Positions 10,485 to 19,680 are shown, numbered from the stretch's first letter. The stretch: DNA of 64,000 nt from Bdellovibrio sp. (GCA_016185105.1 JACPOE010000015.1:7492-71491), one strand, 5' to 3'. Notes: a model not told the origin generated them from the letters alone. A program made the numbers and translations.

Positions 10485-11699
10485 ACCCACACGAAGCATC
10501 ATCAAAATGTGGAGAATTAAGAAGAGTGAAGCAGCCTCAAGATAGGCCCCCCAAGGGTGCCCAAGCCAATCAAAACCACTGAAATTGATTCCTAAAAATA
10601 CAATCGCAAGAAGAAAGACACTCATCTTGTCTCGAGTCCTAAGACAGTGATGAACTAAAAAAACACCTACTGGAATACTCATTACAAAGTACGTTTTCCA
10701 AACCAAATGGGATGGAAGAATAAGAAAAGCGGCGCTCAATGCAATCCATTGCGCAGGATCCCTCCAACTTCCGGACCTCAACCAAGAAAGCCCCCAGCCA
10801 AAAACCATACAGCCCCAGGCAGCCGACAAAAGAGCGATCTGATGAGAATTGAGAAAGGAGGCCCCTAAAGCGAGAGGTTCTGGTCCCTCGGACCGAGCAA
10901 AGGTTGGAATCCCACTGAGGTAATGAAAAAGAAGCGCCGAGAAACTCTGATTGTGAGACTCTAACGGCATCCCTTTCGATAGAAGAGCATCGCCCCAATT
11001 TTGAATGAGCAACAGAGTTCCCGAAAACCCTGAACTCAAGACGGGAATACCAAAACTCAGCAAAAAACCAACACCGATTCCCACACGCTCGGCCCACAGG
11101 CGAGACCGGGAAACACCCTTACTCACCAAGAAAGGCGTCAGTAACAAAGGAAGGGGAAAGACTTTCGCAAACGCCAAAAACGAAAAAACAGTCCAACTGA
11201 GTAGGGCGCCACTCCATGCAGATCCCAATTCTTTCCGATTGGAAAGAGCCCAAACAATTGAGGCCAGGATGAGCAAGTTCACCTGCCCATATTCAAAATC
11301 AATTAATAGAGGTTTAGAAAGGACAAGAATTCCAATTAGAGTTCCCAACCAACCCAGTTCCTTCCCCCGTCCCATCCAGGGCTCCGCAAGCTTCTTAGCT
11401 AGAAGAATCAATCCTGCAACTTTAAGCACTGTCCAAACGGAGAGTGCGGTTGGAAAAGGCAACCGTGAAAAGAGAGAGAAGAACCAAGCAAACCCTGGGC
11501 TATAAAGGAAACGATCAGGCCCCTTCTGATAGATTGAAGCCCCTTCGCCAATAGAAACAAGACGTCCCGCCTCAAAGAAAACTGCAAAATCGCGGCCGCC
11601 TCTTTGGAAGGACCAGAAGATTCCTACTCCAAGCACCGATAAAAGTAGAAGGATGACAAAAATAAGACTTCCGCGGAGGCGAACCTTACTAGAATTCAT
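10470..11699 (-). CDS. polytopic membrane protein, DUF2029/GT87-like glycosyltransferase
   Basis: 409 aa with more than 9 predicted TM segments. The N-terminal DFAVFFEAGR...IY....FLYSPGFAWFF pattern is typical of DUF2029. Its start overlaps the ogt stop by 4 nt. Confidence 0.6.
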   Translation of the reverse strand: MNSSKVRLRGSLIFVILLLLSVLGVGIFWSFQRGGRDFAVFFEAGRLVSIGEGASIYQKGPDRFLYSPGFAWFFSLFSRLPFPTALSVWTVLKVAGLILLAKKLAEPWMGRGKELGWLGTLIGILVLSKPLLIDFEYGQVNLLILASIVWALSNRKELGSAWSGALLSWTVFSFLAFAKVFPLPLLLTPFLVSKGVSRSRLWAERVGIGVGFLLSFGIPVLSSGFSGTLLLIQNWGDALLSKGMPLESHNQSFSALLFHYLSGIPTFARSEGPEPLALGASFLNSHQIALLSAAWGCMVFGWGLSWLRSGSWRDPAQWIALSAAFLILPSHLVWKTYFVMSIPVGVFLVHHCLRTRDKMSVFLLAIVFLGINFSGFDWLGHPWGAYLEAASLFLILHILMMLRVGSISR

Positions 11700-12262
11700 T
11701 GAGAACCTAGAGCTCGACCGTAGGAGACCCAGCTCCGCGCTGGGGTGAGAAATGAAAAGACCGGACTCTTATACTCTTCTTCCAACATCATCAGGCGCTT
11801 TTTTAATTGAACCTCAACCTGAGTCGGGTCTGCTGTCCCCATAAAACCGCCCAAGGAATTCGTCGAAAGAACTCGATGACACGGAATCAAGATGGGAAAA
11901 GGATTTTTTTTCAGCGCCTGTCCAACAGCACGGGAGGCAGCGGCATTTCCTAGCCTGCCAGCGACCCATCCGTAAGTTCGAGTTTCTCCATGAGGGATCT
12001 GACCAATCGCCCAATAGACCTGACTTTGAAAACTACTCCAATTACTTTGATCCAGCAAAGACCAAGGCACCGGACCGATTGGCTCTCCCTCATAGAAGTA
12101 GCCCCGAATCCGATCAACAACATCCATCAAGGAATTGGGAATTTTAACCCGATGCAAACTTGCGAGCTTGCATTCCGACCATTCAATCCGGGTTAAAAGA
12201 TCCTGAGAGTTCCAACTCACCAGTATAGTGCCAAAACTGACAGGAAAATGAAAATGGTTCAA
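11696..12262 (-). CDS. ogt: methylated-DNA--protein-cysteine methyltransferase
   Basis: 188 aa with the active-site motif PILIPCHRVL preceded by TYGWVAGRLGNAAASRAVGQAL. The TTG start is uncertain. Confidence 0.85.
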   Translation of the reverse strand: MNHFHFPVSFGTILVSWNSQDLLTRIEWSECKLASLHRVKIPNSLMDVVDRIRGYFYEGEPIGPVPWSLLDQSNWSSFQSQVYWAIGQIPHGETRTYGWVAGRLGNAAASRAVGQALKKNPFPILIPCHRVLSTNSLGGFMGTADPTQVEVQLKKRLMMLEEEYKSPVFSFLTPARSWVSYGRALGSQ

Positions 12263-13396
12263 AGTCAGCTGCCCTCATTAAATAATTACATCAGCCTACC
12301 TGAGTCTTGCATTCGTCTCATGGAATTTCAATGGGTTTATGTTAGCATCTGGAGTCATATGGATCATTTGCTTTCCCGCGCCGCAGTACTTCTTCAAAGT
12401 GAGTCTAGCTTTACTCTTGAAGAATGGCTAGCGGCTCTGACCCTTCTAGTGCTCAGCTTTACTCTGACAGCCTTAGCACAAAGAGCTTTGAAAAAGGTTC
12501 ACCGTGATAAAAACTGGCGCGTCATTCAAGAACTAGGACCCTTCATTGTTAGCATCCTTTATGCAGTTGGTTTGGCCCTGTTTTTGGAAATTGCACCAGT
12601 AAAGGGAAGATTTCGCGTTTGGGCAGATGCAATTGTCTACATCGTAACCATTCTACTTGTCCTTCGCTTAACCTATCGGGCATGCCTCTTAGGGATCGAG
12701 TGGAGTGTAAAAAAAAATCTAAACAGCCCCATTCTCCACCAAGGTTTTATCCCACTTTTAAAAAACCTGGTCACAATCGTTGTAACAATCATGGGCGTTG
12801 TCATGATCCTCAAACACTTCGGCTACGACGTAGGAACCCTACTTACCGCTTTGGGAGTGGGTTCATTAGCCATCGGTTTGGCCGCCAAAGACACACTGGC
12901 AAACATGATTTCAGGTTTTATTCTCATTATTGATCGAAACCTGACACCGGGAGACCGGATTTCTCTGGATAGTCAAACTGGAGACGTTCAAGAAATTGGA
13001 TTGAGAAGCACACAAATTCGGTTAACCGACGGAAACACACTGATTGTTCCAAATGCGGAACTCTCAAACATGAGAATTCTGAATTTATCTAAGCCTTCAC
13101 GAAGCGTATCCTGTACCACGCTTCTGAGGATTTCCTTCGGCAGCAGTTTTGACAGTGTGAAGGATGCTTGTCAAAAGTCATTTCAGGCCACCAAAGGACC
13201 TCTCAGAGACAGGCCCTTCCAAGTCCATTTAACCGGCCTGAACGAGGGCCATCAACTGATTCAAATTTCCTTTTGGGTCCCCGACTACTTGGAGGCGCCT
13301 TCATGTGTTTCGGAATTTAATAAGAATTTACTAGAAAATTTGGCTAGCAAAAACATCGTTCCCGTTGGCCCCCTCTCGTTCAATTTTCCGCGCTAA
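12248..13396 (+). CDS. mechanosensitive ion channel (MscS family)
   Basis: N-terminal TM helices followed by the MscS core (LTALGVGSLAIGLAAKDTLANMISGFILIIDR, GDVQEIGLRSTQIRLTDGNTLIVPN). The true start is probably an internal ATG (12320 or 12359), because the maximal ORF overlaps the ogt start divergently. Confidence 0.85.
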   Translation: MKMVQSQLPSLNNYISLPESCIRLMEFQWVYVSIWSHMDHLLSRAAVLLQSESSFTLEEWLAALTLLVLSFTLTALAQRALKKVHRDKNWRVIQELGPFIVSILYAVGLALFLEIAPVKGRFRVWADAIVYIVTILLVLRLTYRACLLGIEWSVKKNLNSPILHQGFIPLLKNLVTIVVTIMGVVMILKHFGYDVGTLLTALGVGSLAIGLAAKDTLANMISGFILIIDRNLTPGDRISLDSQTGDVQEIGLRSTQIRLTDGNTLIVPNAELSNMRILNLSKPSRSVSCTTLLRISFGSSFDSVKDACQKSFQATKGPLRDRPFQVHLTGLNEGHQLIQISFWVPDYLEAPSCVSEFNKNLLENLASKNIVPVGPLSFNFPR

Positions 13397-13537
13397 GGCC
13401 TGACAAAATGCGGCGTTTTCTCGAAAATAGATCCCCTCAAAAGGACCGCATTTCCGCTTGTCTATCATTTTCAGGCACGCTAATGTCCGTAGTCTGATTC
13501 AAAATTTAGCTGCCAGGGTGCGCAGGAGAATTCAGCA

Positions 13538-15229
13538 GTGCCATCATATGTAGTGCTAGCCAGAAAATGGCGTCCGGTCCAATTTGCAGACATTGTGGGA
13601 CAGGGTCATATCGTGCGAACCCTGACTAATGCGATCCAGACTGAGCGAATCCATCACGCTTATTTATTTACCGGAGGACGAGGGATTGGAAAAACCTCGA
13701 TGGCCCGCATTTTTGCGAAAGTACTGCGCTGCCAGCACACCAGAATTGAAGAATCCATCTATTGCTGCAATGAATGCTCAGACTGTAGAGAAATAACCGC
13801 CGGAAACAGTGTCGATGTGATCGAGATCGATGGCGCATCGAATAACGGGGTAGAGGCTGTTCGTGAAATTCGAGATAGTGCGAAGTACATGCCCAGTCGG
13901 GGCACTCGAAAAATCTATATTATTGATGAAGTGCACATGCTCACGACGGCTGCTTTTAATGCTCTTTTAAAAACATTAGAAGAGCCTCCAGCGCATGTAC
14001 TTTTTATTTTTGCCACAACTGAACCCCATAAAATTCCAGCTACTATATTGTCTCGATGCCAGCGATTTGACTACCGAAGGGTTACATTGCCCCAGATCCA
14101 AGGTCGACTCACCCAGGTTATTGAAGCTGAAAATATTCAGGCAGATCCGGCCGCAATTGCACTACTAGCTCGGGCGGCTGAGGGTAGCCTGCGGGATGCC
14201 CTTTCTCTTCTAGATCAGGCGATCGCCTTTTGTGGAACTCATATTACAATCGAGAGTCTACGCGAGTGCATTGGTTTAATAGAAGGACAAACCCTTGTAG
14301 GTATATGGAAGGCTGTTTTTGAGAGAAAGCCTCTCGATGCGGTTCAACTAGTAGAACAGGCATTTGAGCAGGGACATGATCTTAAGATTCTCACCCGAAA
14401 CCTCGTGGAATTCCTACATGGCATTTTGCTTGCGAAAGTAGGATCGCCAAATTCAGGTGGATTGGAGGTCTCTCCTGAGGAGTGGACCTCTATTCGGGAA
14501 ATTTGTGAACTCCGCTCGTTAGAGGAGATGGAACTCTTTTTCCAGGTGCTTCACCAAGGTGTTGAATGGATCGCAAGGTCTCCACAACCCAAAATCATTT
14601 TGAACGTAATTTTGATTAAGTGTGCAACTGCTGAGGCACTTTTTCCTGTTGACGCTGTTCTCATGCAAAAAAAGGAAATAAACAATGAAGTCCCTGCACG
14701 CCAGGAGGCACCTATACCTCCTGCGTCAGCCAAACCCACCACACCCACCCAGAAGATAGCTAGTGCTCCGATTAGCTCAAATTCCGGACCAATTACTGCT
14801 CCGCGAGAAAAAAATTGGGAAGAGTTTATTCAGCACGTCAGGAAAACTCGGCCTCTATTGGCCTCTATTCTTGAGCACGCGACATGTTCCATCGTCAGTT
14901 CAGGAAATTTAAATAATCAAACATTGGCTATTCACTTTTCACCAGGAGAAGCATACTTTCGCGAACAGCTTTTGTCGCGAGCCTATCAGGAGCAGTTAGG
15001 GCAGCTATCAAAAGAGTTTTTTGGAAATCAGATTCGTCTACAGATTGAATTGAAAGAAACTGGGGAGAGTATGGCAGCCAAAAAGGAGAGAGAGCAAAAA
15101 GAGCGACTCGAAGCGATTCGAAATAAGGCCGAAAAGCACCCAATTCTTTTAGAAGCAAAATCCCTATTTGGTGGAGAACTTGGCCCCATTGACGTGAGGG
15201 AACCTAAAAATGCAGAACTCTCACCATGA
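13538..15229 (+). CDS. dnaX: DNA polymerase III subunit tau (dnaX)
   Basis: 563 aa with Walker A GGRGIGKTS, zinc module CNECSDCREITAG, DEVHML box and SRCQRF sensor, followed by a Pro-rich linker and C-terminal domain. Confidence 0.95.
   Translation: MPSYVVLARKWRPVQFADIVGQGHIVRTLTNAIQTERIHHAYLFTGGRGIGKTSMARIFAKVLRCQHTRIEESIYCCNECSDCREITAGNSVDVIEIDGASNNGVEAVREIRDSAKYMPSRGTRKIYIIDEVHMLTTAAFNALLKTLEEPPAHVLFIFATTEPHKIPATILSRCQRFDYRRVTLPQIQGRLTQVIEAENIQADPAAIALLARAAEGSLRDALSLLDQAIAFCGTHITIESLRECIGLIEGQTLVGIWKAVFERKPLDAVQLVEQAFEQGHDLKILTRNLVEFLHGILLAKVGSPNSGGLEVSPEEWTSIREICELRSLEEMELFFQVLHQGVEWIARSPQPKIILNVILIKCATAEALFPVDAVLMQKKEINNEVPARQEAPIPPASAKPTTPTQKIASAPISSNSGPITAPREKNWEEFIQHVRKTRPLLASILEHATCSIVSSGNLNNQTLAIHFSPGEAYFREQLLSRAYQEQLGQLSKEFFGNQIRLQIELKETGESMAAKKEREQKERLEAIRNKAEKHPILLEAKSLFGGELGPIDVREPKNAELSP
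14668..14674 (+). promoter_or_regulatory. candidate -1 ribosomal frameshift (or A-run slippage) site in dnaX: A_AAA_AAG
   Basis: An in-frame heptamer A AAA AAG (codons CAA AAA AAG) lies at residues 377-379. The -1 frame then reads GGA AAT AAA CAA TGA, with the stop at 14686-14688. An imperfect hairpin follows at 14698-14726. The heptamer is identical to the E. coli dnaX gamma-subunit signal. Confidence 0.4.
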
Positions 15230-15681
15230 TCCTGTTTCGAAATTGATTTTCGAACTTTCTAAACTCCCCGGAATTGGGGAAAAGACCGCAACTCGGCTTT
15301 CTTATTTTATCGTTAAACAAGAAAATTCCTATGCAAAGTCGCTAGCTGACGCCATTTTGGCAGCTAAAGAGAAGACCGGGCTTTGTTCACAATGTTTTAC
15401 ATTTACAGACTCGAGTCCATGTCGAATCTGCGCTAATCCAGGCCGGGATTCTGGAATCATTTGCGTTGTGGAACGCCCTGCGGATGTTTTTTCTATTGAG
15501 CAGACTGGCCTTTTTCGCGGGAAATATCATGTACTCCATGGCGTTCTTTCGCCGCTAGATGGAATTGGACCAGAAGAGTTGAAGAAAAATTGCGCATGGA
15601 ATTCCAGTAGGGGGTCTGTTGGAATACTCAGACAGACAAACAATTGGTAAAGCATTGGAAAACAGAATGGAGATCAACTAG
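15210..15681 (+). pseudogene. recR: recombination protein RecR, disrupted (internal deletion plus frameshift)
   Basis: Frame 1 encodes a normal RecR N-terminus: HhH LSKLPGIGEKTATRL, Zn finger CSQCFTFTDSSPCRIC, and Toprim start [38 protein letters not shown]. It then reads nonsense to a stop at 15650. The +1 frame from 15586 reads [31 protein letters not shown], a typical RecR C-terminus, ending at 15681. About 45 central Toprim residues are absent. Confidence 0.8.
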
Positions 15682-16272
15682 GTGAGCTTTATCAATTATT
15701 CTACTAAAGAAATTAATTGCAAAGTCATTTATTTCGGACCCGGCCTAAGCGGAAAAACTACCAACGTTCAGTATATATATGAGCAAACTCAACAGCCGGA
15801 GCGCGGCAAGCTAGTCACCCTAAGCACTGAGAATGAACGAACTCTGTTTTTTGATTTCCTGCCGCTGTCTATAGGGGACGTTCGAGGGTACAAGACCCGG
15901 TTTCATCTTTATACTATTCCCGGTCAGACATTTTATGAGACCTCAAGACAATTCATCTTAAAGGGTGTGGATGGGATTGTATTTGTCGCTGATAGCCAGG
16001 CCGAAAGAATGGAAGCCAATATCGAGAGCTTCGAATCTTTGGAAAAAAGCTTGGAACGGCAAGGTTATGACTTAGCGAAGCTGCCATTAATTCTTCAATA
16101 CAACAAACGGGACGTACCTGGCTGTTTGTCTATCGGGGAATTGGAAGCAACTCTAAATGCAGTTCGACGGCCCTATTTCGAGGCTGTTGCAAACAGGGGA
16201 CTTGGCGTGATGGAAACTCTTCAATCTGTCAGCCAGGCCATTATTCGTGAACTCAAGGGGGGAGAAGCATGA
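15682..16272 (+). CDS. mglA: Ras-like polarity/motility GTPase MglA
   Basis: 196 aa, near-colinear with Myxococcus MglA as I remember it: MSFINYS.KEINCK, P-loop GPGLSGKTT, RTLFFDFLPL (Arg53), TIPGQ (Gln82), VFVADSQ, YNKRD. The GTG start lies directly after the recR-frame stop. Confidence 0.92.
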   Translation: MSFINYSTKEINCKVIYFGPGLSGKTTNVQYIYEQTQQPERGKLVTLSTENERTLFFDFLPLSIGDVRGYKTRFHLYTIPGQTFYETSRQFILKGVDGIVFVADSQAERMEANIESFESLEKSLERQGYDLAKLPLILQYNKRDVPGCLSIGELEATLNAVRRPYFEAVANRGLGVMETLQSVSQAIIRELKGGEA

Positions 16273-16679
16273 AAAAGGAAACGATTAGGAAATTTAGGAA
16301 AATTTTCGAGGCTCAGAGGGAAAAGGTCCTGTTCAATGACCGAGTCATCAGAGAAGACTTTGCTGTTTCGGCAGATGACCGTTATGACGAGATCGACCTT
16401 GCCACGACCGACATTGAACAGTCGATGCGGATGAGACTTCGCAATCGCGAAACCCTTTATATTAAAAAAATCGACGAAGCTCTCCGCCGAATTGAAGATG
16501 GCACCTTCGGTGAATGCGAAGATTGCGGTGAAGATATTGAAATCAGAAGACTAGAAGCCCGACCTACGGCGACTCTCTGCGTATTTTGCAAAGAAGAGCA
16601 GGAAAGAAAAGAGATTCTCACTGCACTCGGCCGGGAACATAAGAGCCTAGGCGCTACTTTTTCTAGAAAATTCGCCTAG
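16269..16679 (+). CDS. DksA/TraR-family C4 zinc-finger protein
   Basis: 136 aa with a coiled-coil N-terminal part and the zinc finger GECEDCGEDIEIRRLEARPTATLCVFCKE. Its ATG overlaps the mglA TGA (ATGA). Confidence 0.85.
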   Translation: MKKETIRKFRKIFEAQREKVLFNDRVIREDFAVSADDRYDEIDLATTDIEQSMRMRLRNRETLYIKKIDEALRRIEDGTFGECEDCGEDIEIRRLEARPTATLCVFCKEEQERKEILTALGREHKSLGATFSRKFA

Positions 16680-16722
16680 ACTGCAAGTAGCACACCCATC
16701 CTTTTTCAAGCCGAAAAGACCA

Positions 16723-17856
16723 TCACCCAGGGAGGGGTGAACTGTCAGAAAGGTTCTGGGTCAAATGACAGAAAATTCCGTCTCTTAACTTAGGTTCAAA
16801 CCAAGTGGATTTTGGTGGCATGATTTCACCGCGATCTGAGACGGACATCACCTGGGCTAGATCTGTGGGATGCAGAGAAAATGCAACCCGGGCTTTACCC
16901 ATACTCACGAGCCGCTCCAGCTCCTGGGTTCCTCGTATTCCCCCAACAAACTCCAATCGAGAATCTACCCTTGGGTCATGAATTCCCAGAATCGGGCGAA
17001 GAATTAAATTCTGTAAGAGATCGACATCGAGATCAAATTTTTCCGTCAGGCGATTCTTGAGGCGATACCACTGATTCTCAAAAAACATTCCAACTTCCCC
17101 GAATGCAGGAATTGATGAGTCTCCGGGAACAATCTCGAAACTCTGTTGGACCTTAAAGAGAAACTCTGTGGCCTGAAGATTACCCAAATCCTTGACTACT
17201 CTATGATAGGGAAAGATTTTCAGCTGCGAACCTGGAAACGCAACTCCGAGAAAGTAATTCCAGGGTGCATCAGGAGCTCCCGCAGACTCCAAGAGTCTCT
17301 TTCGGACCCGGCTCGCGGCCGCCGCCCGGTGATGACCATCAGCAATATAGAGTTCTGGTACAAATTCTTGAAACATCCGGACCCAGTCGTCAGTCTCCAC
17401 CACTCTCCAGAGTGAGTGTTTTATGCCATCCTCTGCAGTAAAGGAATAAAGAGGGGTCGACTGCTGAACACGACTCATTGCATCTAAAAGAGGCCGGTGA
17501 TCTCTAAAAACTAGGTACACTGGACCAGTTTGAGCGCCGAGCTCTAAAGTATGACGCGTTCGATCGTCTTCTTTGTCCTGGCGAGTTTTTTCATGTTTCT
17601 TGATCACGCCGTCTTCATATTCTTGAAGTGAAAAGGTCCCAACAATTCCACTTTGGACATGCTCTCCCATTTGAAGGGTATAGATGGAGTCTTTGAAATC
17701 AATTTCCGGCCTTGAAACATGGAGGAAACTAAGAGGGTTTCCTTCGGCAAGCGTACGAGCCTCATCTCTACTGACAACGTCGTACGGAACTGCCGCTACT
17801 TTTGACACCTGAGCGGGGTGGGGACGCAATGCACGAAATGGCCGAAGAATTGACAT
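16723..17856 (-). CDS. DUF1015 family protein
   Basis: 377 aa with the N-terminus MSILRPFRALRP...VAAVPYDVVSRDEAR..GNPLSFLHVSRPEID and the motifs GVIKKHEKTRQDKEDDR and ADGHHR, which I remember as DUF1015 hallmarks. Confidence 0.75.
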   Translation of the reverse strand: MSILRPFRALRPHPAQVSKVAAVPYDVVSRDEARTLAEGNPLSFLHVSRPEIDFKDSIYTLQMGEHVQSGIVGTFSLQEYEDGVIKKHEKTRQDKEDDRTRHTLELGAQTGPVYLVFRDHRPLLDAMSRVQQSTPLYSFTAEDGIKHSLWRVVETDDWVRMFQEFVPELYIADGHHRAAAASRVRKRLLESAGAPDAPWNYFLGVAFPGSQLKIFPYHRVVKDLGNLQATEFLFKVQQSFEIVPGDSSIPAFGEVGMFFENQWYRLKNRLTEKFDLDVDLLQNLILRPILGIHDPRVDSRLEFVGGIRGTQELERLVSMGKARVAFSLHPTDLAQVMSVSDRGEIMPPKSTWFEPKLRDGIFCHLTQNLSDSSPLPG

Positions 17857-17916
17857 GATGAGTGACTCCGATTTCTGAAAAATCTGTTCACACCGGCTAT
17901 ACCGGTGAGAACAGCT

Positions 17917-18588
17917 TCAGATCAAGCCTTTTGAGCGAGCCGCATGCCGAATGTCTTGGCCGGTTGCCGTAAAAATTACATCCTCAGCAATGTTAGTCGA
18001 ATGGTCTCCAATCCTCTCTAAATTTCTGGCAATCAAAATTAAACTCAGACCTTGCTCCATCTGAGAGGGCTCGTCCTTCAAGTGTCCGATCACATCTGAA
18101 AAAATCTTATTCTTTAGTGCGTCCACACGGTCATCGCGACTCAACACTTCACGAGCCATGGAGACGGACTGACCGATGAATGCCTCAAGCGCCTCACTCA
18201 CCATCCAACGGACCTCATTAAACATCAGGGGAAGGTCCACCAACGGTTTCAACTCGGCTCCGCCAATATAGCGCTCAGCGTTGTGGGAAATATTCACTGC
18301 CTGATCTCCCATGCGCTCTAGGTCGGTGTTGATTTTGATCGCCGACACAATGAAACGAAGGTCGGTTGCCAAGGGTTGCTGAAGGGCCAAAATTCGCACA
18401 CATTCAGCATCGACTAAAATGTGGGACTGATTGATCTTGGCCTCAATTTGCTGAGTTTCCCGAGTTTTCTCCAGGTCTCGCTCTTGGAGTGCAGTGGTGG
18501 CACAGTCGATGGACATTTGAACAAGTTTCGCCATCTGGACCAATTCAGACTTAAGACCCTTTAATTCATTATCAATTAAACGATGCAT
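17917..18588 (-). CDS. phoU: phosphate signalling complex protein PhoU
   Basis: Two PhoU repeats (DLERMGDQAVNI and NLERIGDHSTNIAED). I chose the ATG at 18588 (MHRLIDNELK), which is preceded by AAGGGGGGGG, rather than the longer ORF-track start at 18627. Confidence 0.9.
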   Translation of the reverse strand: MHRLIDNELKGLKSELVQMAKLVQMSIDCATTALQERDLEKTRETQQIEAKINQSHILVDAECVRILALQQPLATDLRFIVSAIKINTDLERMGDQAVNISHNAERYIGGAELKPLVDLPLMFNEVRWMVSEALEAFIGQSVSMAREVLSRDDRVDALKNKIFSDVIGHLKDEPSQMEQGLSLILIARNLERIGDHSTNIAEDVIFTATGQDIRHAARSKGLI

Positions 18589-18646
18589 AGCCCCCCCCTT
18601 CAGTCTAGGGTACCACGCGAGAACCAAAGAAGCTCAAAGGTCCCTT

Positions 18647-19414
18647 TTACATGATCCCGGCAGTCAGCCCGCCATCAATATGAATAGTTTGTCCCGTAAT
18701 GTAGGAAGAAGCCTCGCTAGACAAAAAGAAAACCAGATTTGCGATATCTTCGGGCTGACCAATTCGCTTCAATGGAATTCTTTGAAGGAATTTTTCTTTT
18801 ACCTCGGCTGGAATTTGCTGAGTCAGAACGGAATCAATGATTCCAGGAGCAATTGCGTTAACTTGAACATTATAGCGTGCTAACTCAACAGCCCAAGTAC
18901 GAGTCATCCCTACCACTCCAGCCTTAGAAGCCGAATAGTTGGTTTGCCCCACATTCCCCAGATAGGCGATTGAGGAAAGGTTGACAATTTTTCCACTGTT
19001 CTGCTCCTTCATCACACGGGCACAAGCCTGTCCCATATTGAATGGGCCCTTTAAATTGACCCGTATGACCTCGTCCCATTTATCTTCCGTTAGCTTAAGG
19101 AGCATGGAGTCCCGGGTAATCCCGGCATTATTCACCAAAATATCGACCCTACCGAACTGACTCCGGGTCTTTTCAACCAGCTCGTTGGCACTCTTATAGT
19201 CCGAAACATCGTGATGACTGATTAAGACTTTTCGACCCAACTTCTCGATTTCGGCGGCGACGGTTTTCGCAGCGGCCTCATTCAGATCATTGACAACCAA
19301 ATGAGCCCCTTCTTGGGCCAGTTTCATCGCCGTAGCGGCACCAAGGCCTCTGCCAGAACCTGTCACGATTGCGATCTTGTCTTGTAGAACTGCGTAGTTT
19401 CTTGCGTTTGACAT
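18647..19414 (-). CDS. short-chain dehydrogenase/reductase, FabG-like 3-oxoacyl reductase
   Basis: 255 aa with the cofactor motif [13 protein letters not shown], and the catalytic YSASKAG. Confidence 0.85.
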   Translation of the reverse strand: MSNARNYAVLQDKIAIVTGSGRGLGAATAMKLAQEGAHLVVNDLNEAAAKTVAAEIEKLGRKVLISHHDVSDYKSANELVEKTRSQFGRVDILVNNAGITRDSMLLKLTEDKWDEVIRVNLKGPFNMGQACARVMKEQNSGKIVNLSSIAYLGNVGQTNYSASKAGVVGMTRTWAVELARYNVQVNAIAPGIIDSVLTQQIPAEVKEKFLQRIPLKRIGQPEDIANLVFFLSSEASSYITGQTIHIDGGLTAGIM

Positions 19415-19680
19415 CTGAGTTGCATCCTAATTCTGAGTCTTAGTTTTGGGCCTGATCGAGTCCGAACAGACCCTCAGAAACTCCTCGATTGAAAATTCTT
19501 AGATAAACTTTGATAACTGCGGCTAAGTGTAATCGTTTCCCACCTAAAAGCAATAGCGTGGAATAAAAATAAATTTCAGCCACAAATTTGCAAATTATTC
19601 AATGATCACTACACTACTAAATGCGCAGTGAAATTTATTTATATAAAAGAAGTGAAACAAAAAAAGGGGGAAGTTAAACA

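Noticed and set aside
10639-11505. 152 aa (minus, alternate frame) and 166 aa (plus) ORFs overlapping the GT87/DUF2029 gene
   Set aside because: They lie completely within a long hydrophobic-protein gene. Their translations are Arg/Ser/Pro-rich frame artefacts.
12248-12262. Divergent 15-bp overlap of the MscS-family and ogt start codons
   Set aside because: This is probably an artefact of maximal-ORF calling. Internal ATGs (12320 or 12359) are more likely for the channel, and the ogt TTG start is itself uncertain.
13397-13537. Searched for SRP (4.5S/ffs) RNA or ybaB near dnaX, and a hairpin AAATGCGG...CCGCATTT after the MscS gene
   Set aside because: No SRP helix-8-like sequence is present. 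The hairpin has an ~32 nt loop and no T-run, so it is not a convincing terminator. No ybaB ORF exists between dnaX and recR.
14698-14726. The hairpin downstream of the dnaX heptamer as a canonical -1 frameshift stimulator
   Set aside because: It is kept only as a note within the dnaX finding. At 23 nt from the slippery site it lies outside the usual 5-9 nt spacing, so I do not claim it as a functional stimulator.
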